Origin: Eledone cirrhosa
Taxonomy: Eukaryota
Assembly: GCA_964016885.1 (NCBI GenBank)
Contig: OZ024743.1
Coordinates: 81,592,001-81,656,000 of the forward strand
Reading direction: 5' to 3'
Length of the DNA stretch: 64,000 bases
A model generated the notes under the pieces. The model searched no databases and had not been told where the DNA came from. It saw nothing but the letters and a program-made list of their open reading frames with translations. Each line of letters begins with the position of its first letter. Position 1 is the stretch's first letter. Made by a program: the position numbers and the translations under genes. Positions 31,100-46,174 of the stretch are shown here, in pieces.

Positions 31100-31845
31100 T
31101 CTCATTCTAGAAGTATACCATAACCAACGATGCTGCGAGGGTAGCGACTGACTTACCAGCGCGGTAGAATACCAAAGAGTTCTCACCAAAATCAGCTGCC
31201 CTACTTCTCTCACCAAATACTGAAATGCCAAGGCAGCAACGCGTAAAAGAACAAGGAGAAGGCGTGCCCCTAAGGATAACATTTGCTGCCTAAAGGTGCT
31301 GCCACATTTCAATGAGAAGACGACCGCTGCTATCAGACAAACCATTCGTAGGGAGGGCACATTGTATGGCTGGCACATTCAGGACTCTCCTTGAGGAGAC
31401 TGCTCCACAGACACCAACCGACATACAATGATATATGTACAAATCCTCATTGTCCCGTCAACAACGTAGAAGTGTAAATGAGAGCATATATGGTTTCTAT
31501 GATCACGTAAAATAAATGTAGCTCATTATTCATCGGAAGTACAATAAGGAGTCTAGACTTCAGATCAAGAAACACGTGACAATGAGAGCCTCTGCAGTGA
31601 AAAATACATTTTGACAGATGCCACAGCTAAGACATTGAGGTCACCATAGACACAGCTGAAAGGAATATGGGAAATTTAAGGATTGAAGAGGCCACATTCA
31701 GTGGCCGAATAAAACCAGAGATAAATAATTGGTCAGAAATGAGGAGACAGAATGGTTAGGGAAGAAAGCTGATGTTTAGTTTTGTCATGGTTTGTTCAGA
31801 TTCGTCCATGAAAAGAGGGTTTTAGCCCTGAAATATCATGATGGT
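31100..31845 (+). pseudogene. Degenerate PLE fragment (linker + GIY-YIG endonuclease) with a downstream HHR relic
   Basis: MVSMIT*NKCSSLFIGSTIRSLD..IKKH and NLRIEEA...IKPEINN. HHR-like relic CCAT-GAAAAGA-GGG-TTTTAG-CCCT-GAAA-TATCA-TG-ATGG at 31806-31844. Confidence 0.55.
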
Positions 31846-32504
31846 AAATAGCATTGGCTAAAACATTACTTTGTTGTTTTCTATTGTTTCATTTGACATC
31901 ATTTGTCCTTCGTAGTTTTCCAACACATTCTACCGGCTTTTAAAAAATATCGGTCTTTTACTACACACACACACACACACACACAGAAACACACACACGC
32001 ACACAGAAACACACACACACAAACACTCATGCATACACACACACATACACATTACACAAACACTCATACATACACACACACACATACACACACACACACA
32101 CAAACACTCATACAGACACACACACAGAGAGACACACAAACACTCATACATACACACACACACAGACACACACACACAGACACACACAGACACACACAGA
32201 CACACACACACAGACACACATAGACACACACAGACACACACACATACACACACACAAACACTCATACAGACACACACACGCATAAACACACACACATACG
32301 CATACACACACACACAGATGTAATAATAATAATATATACAAATCCCGCTTACGGTGAAAGCAAAAATTGTTTGCTTGAAATTAATTTGTTGGTAATTCAA
32401 CAAATATAAATGTTTATAACTGATTCAGAGCACTCGACAAGTTTTCTGGATTATAATATCCAATAATATTAAATAAATGGAAACTATATTTATAAAACCA
32501 TATT

Positions 32505-32566
32505 TATTTTAATATATATATTTCAAGGGTACCAAAAACTTTGGTACGCTTTCATCAGATAAAATA
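32505..32566 (-). ncRNA. Type I hammerhead ribozyme (PLE pLTR)
   Basis: TATTTTAT-CTGATGA-AAGCGTACCAAA-GTT-TTTGGTACCCTT-GAAA-TATATA-TA-TTAAAATA. Confidence 0.8.
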
Positions 32567-32887
32567 CAAAGTGTGTTTTATAAATTTTGACATAGCCAAG
32601 GAACATACCTTAATGGTTGAAGTTTTCCTTGGATAGTGGACTTAGAGACAGATTTTTCAAAATTGTTAAGATGAGTATGCAAATGAATATGTAAATGAGG
32701 TTGAGGTATATGTTTGAAAAAACGTTATTTTAGACACTATGGAGAATTTAGATATGTGTTTGTATTAGTAGGAAAGAAAGAAAAGGAAGAAAAAGGAAAA
32801 AAGAGAAAGGAAAAAAGAAAAGAAGACCTTATATTACGTTAATTTTGGGGAAAAATGTTGAACATTTACCTATATTATGTATATATA

Positions 32888-33018
32888 GTTACGTCCCTTT
32901 ACGATCTGAGTTCAAATCCCGCCGAGGTTGACTTTGCCTTTCATCCTTACGGGGTCGATAAAATAAAGTACCAGTAATGCACTGGGTAATTGCTGGCCTT
33001 GTGCCTAAAGTAGAAACA
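32888..33018 (+). mobile_element. Nin-domain tRNA-SINE, 5'-truncated
   Basis: CTGAGTTCAAATCCCGCCGAGGTTGACTTTGCCTTTCATCCTTACGGGGTCGATAAAATAAAGTACCAG. Confidence 0.88.
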
Positions 33019-33585
33019 ATTATGTATATACTTATATGCAGAATTATGTTTGTAAGTATATATCTTATTACAATTTTGTAGTAGGTTATATGTAGAAATA
33101 TCTGTATATATTAATAATTGCATATGTATTAGCATTAAAGAGATATAGATAATTTACAATTATTAGTTGTTTACGATGGAAGTTTATTTTGTGTTTTATG
33201 TAAATAGATAGGTATTTCAAGTTATGAGACGAGAACAATTTATAGATTAAAATATTTTGTTCAGCATTGAAAATGTTTTCATAATATTGTTAATTTAGCG
33301 AAGTTATATATATAATAAGTTTACACGATTGAGAAAGGAAAGATAACTCCAATTTTGTTTGTTAATCGATAAATTTGAAAAGTTAGTGTGAGATTAATTA
33401 TTTTAGTGAATTTTTGAAAATCAAAAAAGAGGAGATACGTAATGTGCTTATCTAAGAAACTGTCGTGAAGAGGTTAAATTCTTCTAATGTCAGTTAATGA
33501 TTATCAATCTACATCTAAAAAATATATTTTTAGAGGGTGTCATTAGAAAAATAATAATAATAATGTAAGAATTAAAAATTAAAAT

Positions 33586-33715
<130 letters not shown>

Positions 33716-33859
33716 GAAATGTTTGCTGAAAGGTAAAAGTATTACAAATATTAGAGATATTCACATTTAGAAATATTAAAATATTAAATATATTAATAAT
33801 TTTAAATTGTTAAAGAGGATAGGATCATTTGGAAGGATTATAGGAATATTATAAATTAA

Positions 33860-34600
33860 ACATAGTTCTGAACGTGGAATTTTGGCGATGTCTGCAAGAA
33901 GAAAATAACTCTGTTCTGAGATTAATAGAATTTTGACAGTTAATTATATAAAAAAACTTCTTCGATACGCAATTTACAGAATCTTGATAAAGTCATATTG
34001 CGGTATGCATGCACTTCGAAATGGTTTTCCAAGATATTGAATAGTCTATATTTCTTGCTTTTTAAGTTCCATATAAGATGGGAAAGTGAAGTAGAAGACT
34101 TTTTATCAGATCTTTTAAAAGTATGATTATGGTTATTCCAGCGTTCTTTAAATTTTGTAGAAGTGGCACCAACATAGTTAAATATTTTATCTCTAGTTTT
34201 AACTGTGCATTTATAAACTACGTTTTTATCTAAGCAATTATTTTGTAAAGGGCAGTTTGATTTGATTCTACATTTACATTTTATAGAATTGTTGCTCGGA
34301 ACGGTACTATTATACTGGATATTGCTAGAAATATTATTATTGCTATTTTGGTTATTTTGGTTAGGGTTTAAATTTAAGTTTCTATTATTAATTCTATTTA
34401 TATTTTGTACTGTGTTCATGGTAGCAGAGTAGGATAGTTTTATAGTGTGCCTGTTAAAAATAGAGTGGTATCTGTGGGCTTTAGGAAAACATTTATCTAG
34501 TGCTTTAAAGAATAGCTTTGCTAAAGGTGTTTTAACGATTAATGAGAATGGGGGCGGGAGTACCAAATCATATTTCTAGTTCTAGTTTTTGTTTGGTTTA
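33860..34600 (-). pseudogene. PLE GIY-YIG endonuclease domain, frameshifted
   Basis: RNMIW..PPFS...IFNRHTIKLSYS...CKCRIKSNCPLQNNCLDKNVVYKCTV...YVGATSTKFKERWNNH...TSLS..IW.LK...INLRTELFSSCRH. Confidence 0.9.
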
Positions 34601-34669
34601 GTGTTTAATTTAAATTGTTTATTATTATTATAGTTAATACTTTTTAATCCTTAATAATTAATACTTTTT

Positions 34670-34773
34670 AATCCCGCCGAGGTTAACTTTGCCTTTCATC
34701 CTTACGGGGTCGATAAAATAAAGTACCAGTAATACGCTGAGTATTTGTTGGCCTTTTGCCAAAAGTAGAAACA
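34670..34773 (+). mobile_element. Nin-domain SINE 3' half
   Basis: Shared SINE motifs. Confidence 0.85.
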
Positions 34774-34898
34774 ATTATTATAATTAATACTAGGATGATT
34801 TGCCATGTTATTGTTATCAATGTATTTAATTTTATTCGAATATCCTGCTCTATTTAAAGCTTCATTATAATTTTCAGCCTTATCATCAAAAATATTTT

Positions 34899-35985
34899 TG
34901 GACCGGTAAAGCTGCTCGGGGTCTGGTTTGGTCCGGACCTCCAGGTGGAGAAAAATTGTAACGAGGTGACGGCCAAGGTGTTTGCGCTCACCCAGAAGTG
35001 GGCCGAGAGCAAACTATCCTTGAAAGGTCGGGCGGAGGTGGCGAACACTTTTATCGCGTCTGTCATCTACTACCGCTTGACCGTCGTACCTTGTCCAGCC
35101 AAAACGCTCACCAAAATGGAGCGCGCTCTCTTCCAATTCATTTGGAAGAAGCGGGCTCCTTTGGTGAGAAGATCCATCTGCTGCCAACACCCTTACAACG
35201 GAGGGCTAGGGATGCCGTGGCTGACGATGCGCAAACACGCGCTCGGGTTTCGGCATCTCTACGTATTCCTCACCGGACAAACGGTGTGGGCCCCGCTCTT
35301 GAGGCGAGCCTTCCAACGACTCGTCTCGCTGACCGAGCTGCAGTCCTGCGCACGCATTCATACAATGCCCGGGCGTTACCGACATGTGGGGCTATGTAGA
35401 ACGACTATTGTCGCGGGTGGGACCAATCCGGTTGACCACCGAGTCCATTGTCATGATCAAACCGCCACCCTCCTTCAAAAACGAAGGAGAGGCGCTTTTG
35501 CTTTGTGTGATAGCTATGGCGAAAGAGGTTATATGGTGGACAAGGTTAAAAGGGCTGAGGTCAGACACCTTTCTCTCCGGCCAACAACTGATTGTTTTTT
35601 TCAAATACCACTTTGGAAGAAGAATCAGGATGGAGAGAGAGGTGCTATACCCCAGCAAATTTTATGAAAGGTGGGTGAAAATGGCGAGAATGGCCCGAGA
35701 GAATGGGCCTTCTCTCTATATCAGCCTGTAGGTTGAGGAAAAAGAGGAAGAGAGGAAAGGGGTACAAACTCTTTGTACTCCTGGAGATGAGAGTTGCACA
35801 TTGTTTCGGGGGTGTATGTGTTACCCATATGAAATGTCTCCCCCTATTGGGGAAAATCGATTAACTTTTAAATTGTATTTGTGATAATATTTTACACGTT
35901 TTTATTGTATGTAAACTTCACCCTTTGTATTTGTCCCCTTCTTTTGTGCCCCTCTGACTAATAAAGAAACATATCTATCTATCTA

Positions 35986-35990
<5 letters not shown>
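34899..35990 (+). mobile_element. Second Tx1 LINE copy, 5'-truncated with an internal deletion
   Basis: Protein nearly collinear with ORF2 of 5690-10665 (VEKN.NEVTAKVFALTQKWAE.KLSLKGRAEVANTFIASVIYYRLTV). Ends AATAAAGAAAC followed by (ATCT)n. Confidence 0.92.
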
Positions 35991-36040
<50 letters not shown>

Positions 36041-36434
36041 TTATTTAGGTTTGTTGGTTCACCACTGGATAGAATTGGTCATTCCGTATGGTCAATCTTG
36101 ATGTAATATTATGGAGAGTACTCGATATCCCACCTTGATGACTTATCGAGATTCCCTATAATACACTTAAACTTTTTCATATAAGATTCTCTCGTTAATT
36201 TCATTAAATAATTCTCGCAACACAAACCTTTAATTTTCTATTAATTTTCTAAGAATTTAATTTCATCCTATAATTCTTAACATAAGTTAACCTTCCAATT
36301 TTCTGTTCACACGTTAGATTATACAGACACCCATATATATGCCTTTGTTAAAATATGTGTTCTTTGGAATAACATTTTTCTCGGCGTCTTCTAGCATGAC
36401 TGTAGTGTGACCCTTACGCTGACTTCTCTTCTTA

Positions 36435-36506
<72 letters not shown>

Positions 36507-36704
36507 TTTTTTTATTCTCTGACGGAGAGGTGGTAGTACATTATAAGCCTTCGCCCCCTCACCAGATGGCCATTAGTAGACTGAGTTGCCATCGCTGACC
36601 GAGGTGAAAGCAACTAGTTGGTCAGTCGTCCTCACTCTCTCTGATTTCGGACCCATGGATTTTATATATTTCTTTTTTTTATATATTCCTTCGTTACATT
36701 TCGA

Positions 36705-36762
36705 ATACCTGATGACATCACCGGATTCATACGGAACCCGGTCATTGAAATGATCATGGTAT
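36705..36762 (+). ncRNA. Decayed hammerhead motif in a TA-adjacent short repeat
   Basis: ATAC-CTGATGA-(~13-bp stem II)-GAAA-TGATCA-TG-GTAT; G at the cleavage position. The sister copy at 43972-44029(-) has TA there but a mutated core. Confidence 0.7.
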
Positions 36763-36992
36763 AATAAACTTTCCAAGGATTTACACCAGTCCAGCCTCCT
36801 GTTATTTTATTTATATATATATATATATATATTGTTATACTTGGGGAGGGTCATATTTGTGTAATATTGCCAGAATTAATAACAGAACACACTCACTGTT
36901 TGGTTGGTTTTCGCTTTTCGCTTCTTTGTCTTTTTCTTTGTCTTTTATATCGGTAATCTAATTTATATATATATATATATATATTGTGTGTC

Positions 36993-37092
<100 letters not shown>

Positions 37093-37599
37093 TGTGTGTG
37101 TCTGTGTGTGTCTGTGTGTGTCTGTGTGTGTCTGTGTTTTTGTGTTTGTGTAATTATGTGTTTGTGTGTAGCTCTTCATTCATGCAATATTAAATACGTT
37201 AGAAATAAATAGGTCGTCTTCTATCAAACCTCAGTCAAAGCCATCTCACTGCGCGTGCGCAGAAAGAACAACCACAGTTAATCACACACCTCAATTACAT
37301 ATGCACTTATGCACATATTCCTATACATTCACATACTTGCACATACATATATACCCGTACACTCATGCACACATACTCTCATACACTCATACACACACAA
37401 ATAAACACACACACTATATGCTTTCATTTGTATACACATGCATACAATGTCGTGGTGATGGTAATGGTGGTGGTGGTGGTGGTGGTAATAGTGGTGGTAG
37501 TAGTGGTGGTAGTAGTGGTGTGGTGGTAGTGTTGGTGGTGGTGGTAGTGGTGGTGGTAGTGGTGGTGGTGGTGGCCAAATCATTGGAGAAATAGTTCAT

Positions 37600-38990
37600 A
37601 TGCCACCATTGCCCCCACCCGTACCCCACCATTATCCCACCATTACCCCACCATTATCCCACCATTATCCCACCCTATCCCACCATTACCCCACCATTAT
37701 CCCACCATACCCCACCATACCCCACCATATCCCACCATTACCCCACCATTATCCTACCATTACCCCACCATACCCCACCATATACCACCATTACCCCACC
37801 ATTATCCCACGATATCCCCACTATATCCCACCATATCCCACCATATCTCACCATATCTAACCCTTATCCCACCATTATCCCACCATTATCCCACCATTAT
37901 CCCACCATTATCCCACCATTATCCCACCATTATCCCACCATTATCCCACCATTATCCCACCATTATCCCACCATTATCCCACCTAATCCCACCGTTATCC
38001 CACCACTAACCCACCATTATCCCACCATTACCCCACCATACCCCACCATTATCCAACGATATCCCCACGATATCCCATCATATCCCATCATATCCCACCA
38101 TATCTCACCATATCCCACCATTATCCCACCATTATCCCACCATTACCCCACCATACCCCACCATATCCCACCATTACCCCACCATTATCCCACCCTTACC
38201 CCACCCTTACCCCACCATACCCCACCATTACCCCACCATTATCCCACGATATCCCCATCATACCCCACCATATACCACCATTACCCCACCATTATCCCAC
38301 GATATCCCCGCCATATCCCATCATATCCCACCATATCTCACCATATCCCACCATTATCCCACCTAATCACACCATTATCCCGCCATTATCCCACCATTAT
38401 CCCGCCATTATACCACCATTATCCCACCATTATCCCACCTAATCCCACCATTATCCCACCATTACGCCGCCATTATCCCACCATTACCCCACCATTACCC
38501 CACCATATCCCACCATTACCCCACCATTATCGAACGATATCCCCACGATATCCCACGATATCCCACCATATCTCACCATATCCCACCATTATCCCACCTA
38601 ATCCCACCATTACGCCACCATTATCCCACAATATCCCCACGATATCCCACGATATCCCACCATATCTCACCATATCCCACCATTATCCCACCTAATCCCA
38701 CCATTACGCCACCATTATCCCACAATATCCCCACGATATCCCACGATATCCCACCATATCTCACCATATCCCACCATTATCCCACCTAATCCCACCATTA
38801 CGCCACCATTATCCCACAATATCCCCACCATATCTCACCATATCGCACCATATCTCACCATATCCCACCATTATCCCACCATTACCCCACCATTATCCCA
38901 CCATTAACCCACCATATCCCACCATATCCCACCATTATCCCACCATCCCCCTCCATTCCCCCACCATATCCCACCATTCCCCCACCACCA
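37600..38990. repeat. 10-11-bp minisatellite (CCACCATTATC / CCACCATATC) with a local 94-bp higher-order repeat
   Basis: Directly visible; the TACGCCACC marker occurs at 38611, 38705 and 38799. Confidence 0.95.
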
Positions 38991-39117
38991 CCACCACCAC
39001 CATCTCTGTTCTGTCTTCAAATCCAACCTTCCTCTTAATAATGGTTTACTCCTGACTTGTCTACACTCAAAATATTCAATCCCACCATTTAGAGTTTTTC
39101 ACCTTTTGCATTTCTGT

Positions 39118-39630
<513 letters not shown>

Positions 39631-40120
39631 TGTTATTGTCATTGAGCTCCATGTTGATTGGTCGATATCAATCAGGCATCTGATTAACGACCTTCAATCC
39701 GTGACCATCACATATGTGTGTTAAGGTTTGATGTAAATGGACCACCATCGATGTTTTATTCCAATTGTTCAATCCATGGAACAGCCAATAAATTAATATA
39801 TAGATGGCTGAGTATTCCAAAGACTAGTGTTCTCTTAAACTGATTCTCATGTAGAATCAGTGAGACGATATATGACGCGGCCGGACTGCAGGCAAATACC
39901 TCCGACTAGTAAATTCCATTGGTTTGGCTAACTTAACCACAAGACTATGTTCAACAAAAGATCTCAGCTTCTTCTACCCAATAACACTTTAACTCCTGTA
40001 TTTTAGAATAATCTAATCAGCAGTGTCTGTGTTAACCTTTCACTATAATCAGGACTGGCTTAGACCTTGGGCGGCACGGAGCACTTCAGGTTTCGGGGTG
40101 CAACAAAAATATAAATAACT

Positions 40121-40303
40121 GCTTCTACTTTTGGCACAAGACCAGCTATTACCCAGTACATTACTGGTATTTTATTTTATCGACCCCGTAAGGATGAAAG
40201 GCAAGGTTAACCTCGTCGGGATTTGAACTCAGACTGTAAAGACACGTAACTCTGCTGGAAAGTATGGCGTCCGACCCTCTACCGATACTGCCAATCCACC
40301 GCC
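40121..40303 (-). mobile_element. Full-length Nin-domain tRNA-SINE
   Basis: 5' GGCGGTGGATTGGCAGTATCGGTAGAG (A-box-like), GAGTTCAAATCC (B box), Nin-like core. Confidence 0.9.
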
Positions 40304-40645
40304 CTTATATAAATAACGACAAAAATTAGAGCAACGGTAACAAAAAAAAACACAAATAAAAGATTACAAAAAAAATATATAAAAATTTAATAACCAAAAA
40401 TTATAATTGTAGGCATGGGTGGAGTTAAGGATTTCACTAACAAATGGTTTGGGATTCAGTTCCAATACGCCGCAGCATGAGGGTTGGATTTAGACCTTGA
40501 TGATCCTGGGGCACTTCAGATTTGGGGGGTCCCCTCATACACAAAAATTAGAATACAATACAATGTTGGCTGTCACCGAAATATATATAGCAGTATATCT
40601 ATAATTTATAATAAACGAAGCCAAATTTTACATATTTGTCTTAAT

Positions 40646-40685
<40 letters not shown>

Positions 40686-40727
40686 CAGAAATATATATAT
40701 ATATGTATATATATGTATGTTTGTAAT

Positions 40728-40829
40728 AGGAAAAAGTATGACCCCGACGGTAGAGCTCAAGCCTTTTCGACGGCTATTTCTGGACTGCGTTATGGTCCAT
40801 TTGGTTCCTTACCACAACTCCTACGTTAC
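40728..40829. mobile_element. Family F1 copy 3 (internally deleted)
   Basis: AGGAAAAAGTATGACCCCGACGG...CTGGACT joined directly to GCGTTATGGTCC. Confidence 0.75.
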
Positions 40830-41031
40830 ATATATATATATAGGAGAAAGAGAATTTTTTCGAAATCACTAGACGTATCTGAAGAACTTGCGAATCAAGA
40901 GTCAGGCTCGATCCACTAACAGATCGCACCTCGAACTATTCGCCGGAGAAACAATTGTAATACGTAATAAATTGTGTTCCGACGCATCACTGATTCTTCG
41001 TTTTCCATATTATATATATATATATACATAC

Positions 41032-41075
<44 letters not shown>

Positions 41076-41086
41076 AAAGAGAGAGA

Positions 41087-41150
<64 letters not shown>

Positions 41151-42479
41151 CAGAGAGAGAAGAATTGATACCAGTACTGCAATGATGCTTTATCGATTTT
41201 GAAAGAACGAAAGGTAAAATGGAACTTACTGTTATATGAATTTGGGATAGAGAGAGACGGAAGAAATACGGCAAAGCTAGGTGGTTCGTTCTCACGACTC
41301 GGCCAATTCACTGCGTTATAATGAGTGTTTCCCAACATATAAAAGGAATCAGCATTATTCACAGAATATATATTGAAGAGGTAAATTGAAGATGTAGGAA
41401 TTTAGATGAAAGATAATGAAAACCAGATGGAAACAATTTATTATTTAATGTGTAATCAGTTGGCTCTGAATTAGATTATATATTTATGTATATCCCATAC
41501 GTTCAGTTCACAGATAGAACCTGTAGCTACTTCACCTTTCATTTCGTTTGGGCTCGAAAGAAATGAGCATCAAGTATGTACAGGAGTCGATTCAATGGTT
41601 AATTTATCTCAACTATAAATACATAAAATATGGTGTAGACCATTGGACAGGTTTCGTTTACTATACTAAGCTCTGTGGTTGAGATTTCATAGATGGAACC
41701 TGTGCAAAAACCCATAGGATGGAATCTTTCTCGGTTTGTAGTCTTGATCTGTTGTCTGCTCCTTGTGTGCCTTTAGAAAACTCCATTCTGTGCCGAATAT
41801 CTTAGACCAGACCTCTGATATGAGAGGTGACGAATTGACAGAAATTTGGCCCTCAAATTATTTAACATGGGCCTCAGTATTTGTTCCGACTCACTGCGCT
41901 CCGATTTCAAAAAATGTCGAGATCAACTTTGCTTTCCATCCTTTCAAGATCAATAAAGTACCAGTTTGTTATTGAAGTGGGCTTTTTTCTCTCTGGTTAT
42001 CAGATAGTAGAAATCGGTTGTGGGTTGCTCTGGATTGAGATGGACTTCACCCGTATTAAAATGCCCAAAGCACCATGGTGACTGGATGGCATCCCCTTCG
42101 ACTCCCTCAAGTGTTATACGCCCTTTATTTACTATTTTATGAATCGATGATACTGAGTCAATATGAGAAATTCTTAAATGCAGAGTTTGCAATGTTGTCC
42201 AACTACAAGGATAGATCTTCCGACGGCCTCTACAAGGCTGTTATACCAACTCGACTAACCACTCGGTAAATTAACGTGTAAGTAGTGTATTTCATGGACA
42301 CGTATAACTTTAAAGTAATTGCTAAGTTGGAGCAGCTTTATAGAATCTAAGTAATAAGGGAGGGGGCGTAAGGTGGAATATGAAGGGGGGATGGCAGGGG
42401 AGTAACAACAACAATATCACAAATAATAACAATAATTATCGGAAGAAGACAAAGAATAATAAGAAGAAAAAAGGGCAGA

Positions 42480-42670
42480 ACAAAAACAACAGAAACAAGA
42501 ATATTAATAACTAAAACAACAACAACAGCTACAACAACATTAATAACTAAAACAACAACAACAGTAGAAATAACAACAACAACAACAGCAACAGTAGAAA
42601 TAACAACAACAACAACGACAGTAGAAATAACAACAACAACAACAGTAGAAATAACAACAACAACAACAGT
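42480..42670. repeat. (AAC)n-based minisatellite AACAACAACAGTAGAAAT
   Basis: Directly visible. Confidence 0.85.
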
Positions 42671-42729
42671 AAATTAATATCGATATTTGCCAACTTTGGA
42701 ACAATATCTACAATGATATAATATTGCCT

Positions 42730-42793
<64 letters not shown>

Positions 42794-42908
42794 TCTCTCT
42801 CTTACTCTCTCTCTTACTCTCTCTCTTACTCTCTATCTGTTGCTCTCCTATTTATATCATGTCTCTCTTTCTGTGTCTTTGTAACTATCTATATATCTCT
42901 CATACTCC

Positions 42909-43044
<136 letters not shown>

Positions 43045-43126
43045 CGTGTTAAGTTCTGTTTGAAACAGAACTTAAAACGATGAGTTCTTGTTTTTGGATA
43101 TGTCACTATTTATAAAACAACTTTTG

Positions 43127-43187
43127 TATTTTATCTGATGAAAGCGTACCAAAATTTTGGCGTCCTTGAAATATATATAATAAAATA
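43127..43187 (+). ncRNA. Type I hammerhead ribozyme in a solo pLTR-like copy (43080-43320)
   Basis: TATTTTAT-CTGATGA-AAGCGTACCAAAATTTTGGCGTCCTT-GAAA-TATATA-TA-ATAAAATA; perfect 8-bp stem I. Confidence 0.8.
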
Positions 43188-43325
43188 AATATGGTTTCAT
43201 AAAGATAGTTTCCATTTATTAATATTATTGATAATTGATATTATACTCCAGAAGAATCCTGTAGAGTTCTTCGAATCTGTTATAAATAAATTTGTTGAAT
43301 AACCAACTAATTAAATAACTCTTTG

Positions 43326-43384
<59 letters not shown>

Positions 43385-43389
43385 AAATA

Positions 43390-43425
<36 letters not shown>

Positions 43426-43455
43426 CATATATGCATATATATATTATTTATTGTG

Positions 43456-43513
<58 letters not shown>

Positions 43514-43764
43514 GATGTATATGTATATACATATATATATATATATACATATACATCATATGTATATACGACAGACCCTCCATCTCAACTCTACTTTTGA
43601 AAAGCAGAAGAACTGCGAAACCGGTAAAGGAACCAAATAAATATATATATATATATATTTTTTAAATAAGACTCCGGTTGCGTTTTCGATTTCATCTTTT
43701 TTTCTTTATACTTTCACTCGTGTAGGACACCTCGGTTATTTTTCATTTTGTAAAAAAACCTCAC

Positions 43765-43922
<158 letters not shown>

Positions 43923-44173
43923 ATAGAAATAACAGGAGGCAGGACTGGTGTAAATCCTTGAAAGGTTTATTATACTATGATCATTTCAATGACCGGGTTC
44001 CATATGAATCCAGTGATTTCATCCTGTTATTTTTATTGATAATTAACTCCGTATTCGCACCACCAACTACACAAACGAAGACGGGTGAACTGCACTACGT
44101 TAAGTACTCTCCACAATATTACACCAAGATTGGCCATATGGAATTCTATCCAGTGGTGAATCAACAAACCTAA

Positions 44174-44217
<44 letters not shown>

Positions 44218-44877
44218 TAATAAAAACAATGAATAAATACAAAGAAACAGTTCCTTATATTGAAAAATTCAGCATTTTACGATCGTTTCTAGGATATATA
44301 TCTGTGTGTTGGTGTGTATATCATATAGATCTATGTAAAAATTTTACAAACTATCAGAGGGAATATATATACCTACACATACATATGCTGTCTTCATACA
44401 GATTGGACACTGTCGTATATTTTGGTAGATTTATCTACATATATATATATATATATGAGAGACGTAAAATAAGAAAATTATAAAATTAACTTACTTACTA
44501 AAATATCACTTCCAACTAATTAGTTTCTGGAATGGAGTAAATATATTTTCCGAAGAAGATATTGAGAAACATTCCGTCGTCAGGGAAGTCTATTCTCATC
44601 TAAGTTTCCAGGCAAAGCGAGGACTCTGGAAACTTATTAAAAAATAATTCAGTGGATAGGAAATAGCAAAGCGTGGACTGAATTCATAGCCATTGAGAAA
44701 ATCACTGCCTCTGCGTCTGTGGCAAATTCAAAAAGAATCAAACACGTGACATCGAGGTCAATCAGTGGAAAGTGGTTTGCTAATAAGACAGCGGCCTGCC
44801 TACTACCATAGCAGCAGCCATGGCCAATATTGCTCGACAAATAATTTGGAGATAATTATAAAGCATTAATATCTAGT

Positions 44878-44932
<55 letters not shown>

Positions 44933-44936
<4 letters not shown>

Positions 44937-45115
44937 ATAATAATAAAATTGAAGACTAAAATCCAGAGAGGGCTCGATAAGGAAAATATATATCAAATAT
45001 ATAAGAACCGAAGAGCAAATATTTATTAAAATAACAGATTAAAGTTTCAGAAGATCCCGTTAAGGGTGAAAGCAGCGATTCTTTGCTTAAACTTTAATCT
45101 GTTATTTTAATAAAT
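44933..45115. mobile_element. Family F2 fold-back copy inside (TA)n
   Basis: Homology to 12288-12460, with arms TTTATTAAAATAACAGATTAAAGTTT and its reverse complement. Confidence 0.78.
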
Positions 45116-45442
45116 ATATATATATATATATATATATACAATCGTATACAAACAAACATCCGTATGTATGTATGTGACTGTATGTACGCCTCTCTATTTC
45201 TCTCTCTCATACACATCACTAAACATTTACAACTCCACTAAAGAAGTACACGTGTCTGTGTTAACCTCAGTTGTAATACAGGAATAAGTGAAACTTATTA
45301 CAATTATTTTCACAATCAACATTGTATTGATGGCTCTTTACGTTCGTGTGTATGTGCATGTATGTGTGAGTGTGTGTGCATGTATATATGTATGTGTGTG
45401 TGAGTGTGTGCGCATGTATGTATGTGTGTGTGAGTGCGTGTG

Positions 45443-45524
<82 letters not shown>

Positions 45525-46091
45525 CTGGAATATAAAAATACAGAGGACCTTGGAAAAATTAAAGGGATTCTAATAAACTGTCATTTGAAAACTTTGGTTT
45601 GTACTAATTTACACGTTTTTCTGTCTCTGCCCACTAAGAAAGTAATATATGTTTTTATTCCTGACTGCGCCATTACGACCTCTTCAGGCGGCATTCGAAC
45701 TGGTTATGTATATATTACTGTGAATTCAGTCTTTCATCTATGGTTATCATATCATTGTTTAAATCCACACACACACATATATATATATATACATTACAAT
45801 ACAACGGGAGGAAACACAATAGTACCACTGATGATTTCAAAGGTGTGGGATGAACAACTTTGATCGACTATATATTTATTTGTATTTATATTTTTCAGTG
45901 TTGATCAATCAATGATAAACATTGATTTTCAGCTAAATTAACTATAAGGATATAAAATATACAGAAGAGAAAACCAATCTGAACCAAACTGTGTGTTTTA
46001 TTATTATTTCTGTCAATATTATAACAATATGACCCTCCTAAATATAACAATATTTGTTTCAACACACGATTTCATATCAAAAACCTTCCAA

Positions 46092-46174
<83 letters not shown>

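Noticed and set aside
40050-40550. Two TTAGACCTTG...GCACTTCAG copies as hAT-MITE ends
   Set aside because: They are short, degenerate and in the same orientation, with no matching opposite TIR or TSD.
44540-44590. Minus-strand CTGACGA..GAAA hammerhead candidate
   Set aside because: Stem II is plausible but there is no stem I pairing.
45820-45870. CTGATGA motif with a weak hairpin
   Set aside because: GAAC instead of GAAA, and poor stems.
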